Assembly (NCBI GenBank): GCA_037131205.1 | Contig: JBAXRL010000001.1 | Coordinates: 1 to 46,726, forward strand | DNA: 46,726 nucleotides | Source: Actinomycetes bacterium | GTDB taxonomy: Bacteria; Actinomycetota; Thermoleophilia; UBA2241 | Direction: 5' to 3' | Part shown: piece after piece, positions 46,559 to 46,726 of the stretch | How positions within the stretch are numbered: position 1 is the first letter of the stretch | How the letters are laid out: each line of letters opens with the position of its first letter | Position numbers and translations under genes: made by a program | Notes under the pieces: model-generated | Database searches by the model: none | Told to the model about the DNA's origin: nothing | Seen by the model: the letters and a program-made list of their open reading frames with translations, nothing else

Positions 46559-46590
46559 CGAAGGGGCCGGCCCGCAAGGGCCGGCCCCTT
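46559..46590 (+). terminator. hairpin terminator after the M28 peptidase gene
   Basis: gaaggggccggccc-gcaa-gggccggccccttc forms a perfect 14-bp stem. Confidence 0.55.
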
Positions 46591-46686
46591 CCACAAGCAG
46601 CGCCCGCACGAGTAGACTTGCGGGCGTCAGGCCGGGCCGGCGCAGCGCCGCCCGGCGCTATCCCATCCGTTCTTCGGGAGGCCTCA

Positions 46687-46726
46687 TGCGGGTGCTCGTG
46701 GTCGGCGGCGGCGGCAGGGAACATGC
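46687..46726 (+). CDS. purD: phosphoribosylamine-glycine ligase, first 13 codons only
   Basis: SD GGGAGG is followed by an ATG and MRVLVVGGGGREH, the characteristic PurD N-terminus. The gene is truncated by the window edge. Confidence 0.65.

Overview
This is a high-GC (roughly 68-70%) bacterial chromosomal segment, densely coded, with no rRNA, tRNA, CRISPR, transposase or integrase genes that I can see. The rpsF-ssb-rpsR-rplI-dnaB synteny and codon usage would fit an actinobacterium-like or other high-GC Gram-positive lineage, but the taxon cannot be fixed from the sequence alone.

Gene content from left to right:
(1) A minus-strand operon (5032 down to 106 and beyond) encodes a family of secreted proteins and lipoproteins built from repeated sulfite-oxidase-fold (SUOX / 'Oxidored_molyb'-like) domains and ends in a WtpA-like tungstate-binding protein. 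It diverges from a monocistronic TupA-like tungstate-binding protein gene. Each divergent leader carries a Moco/tungsten-cofactor-riboswitch-like element.
(2) An aldehyde dehydrogenase.
(3) A compact hopanoid core cluster, hpnC-hpnD-hpnE-shc, with a remnant of ispH.
(4) On the same strand: a small 4-Cys protein, a DUF1361 membrane protein, a MoaD/ThiS-like GG-terminated carrier, and gcvPB and gcvPA.
(5) An orphan CpaF/VirB11-like ATPase.
(6) rpsF-ssb-rpsR-rplI and dnaB.
(7) pabB-pabC.
(8) A HisKA_3/NarL two-component pair.
(9) A LivJHMGF-type ABC transporter.
(10) vapBC.
(11) purC, preceded by a 602-aa protein with an HprK/PEPCK-like P-loop.
(12) rsgA.
(13) A redox operon of Rieske, glutaredoxin-like, ferredoxin:thioredoxin-reductase catalytic-subunit-like, Rieske and Fe-SOD genes, plus a nitroreductase.
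(14) Two tandem chagasin-like (I42) inhibitor lipoproteins.
(15) A COG2509-type FAD protein coupled to purA.
(16) An M28 peptidase and the first codons of purD.

The most interesting region is 1-6850. It holds two divergent Moco-like riboswitch candidates, a multi-paralog extracytoplasmic SUOX-fold repeat family, a possible +1 recoding site (UUU UGA C), and two different tungstate-type binding proteins.

Many long ORFs in the supplied track are antisense or out-of-frame shadows typical of high-GC DNA and were not called.
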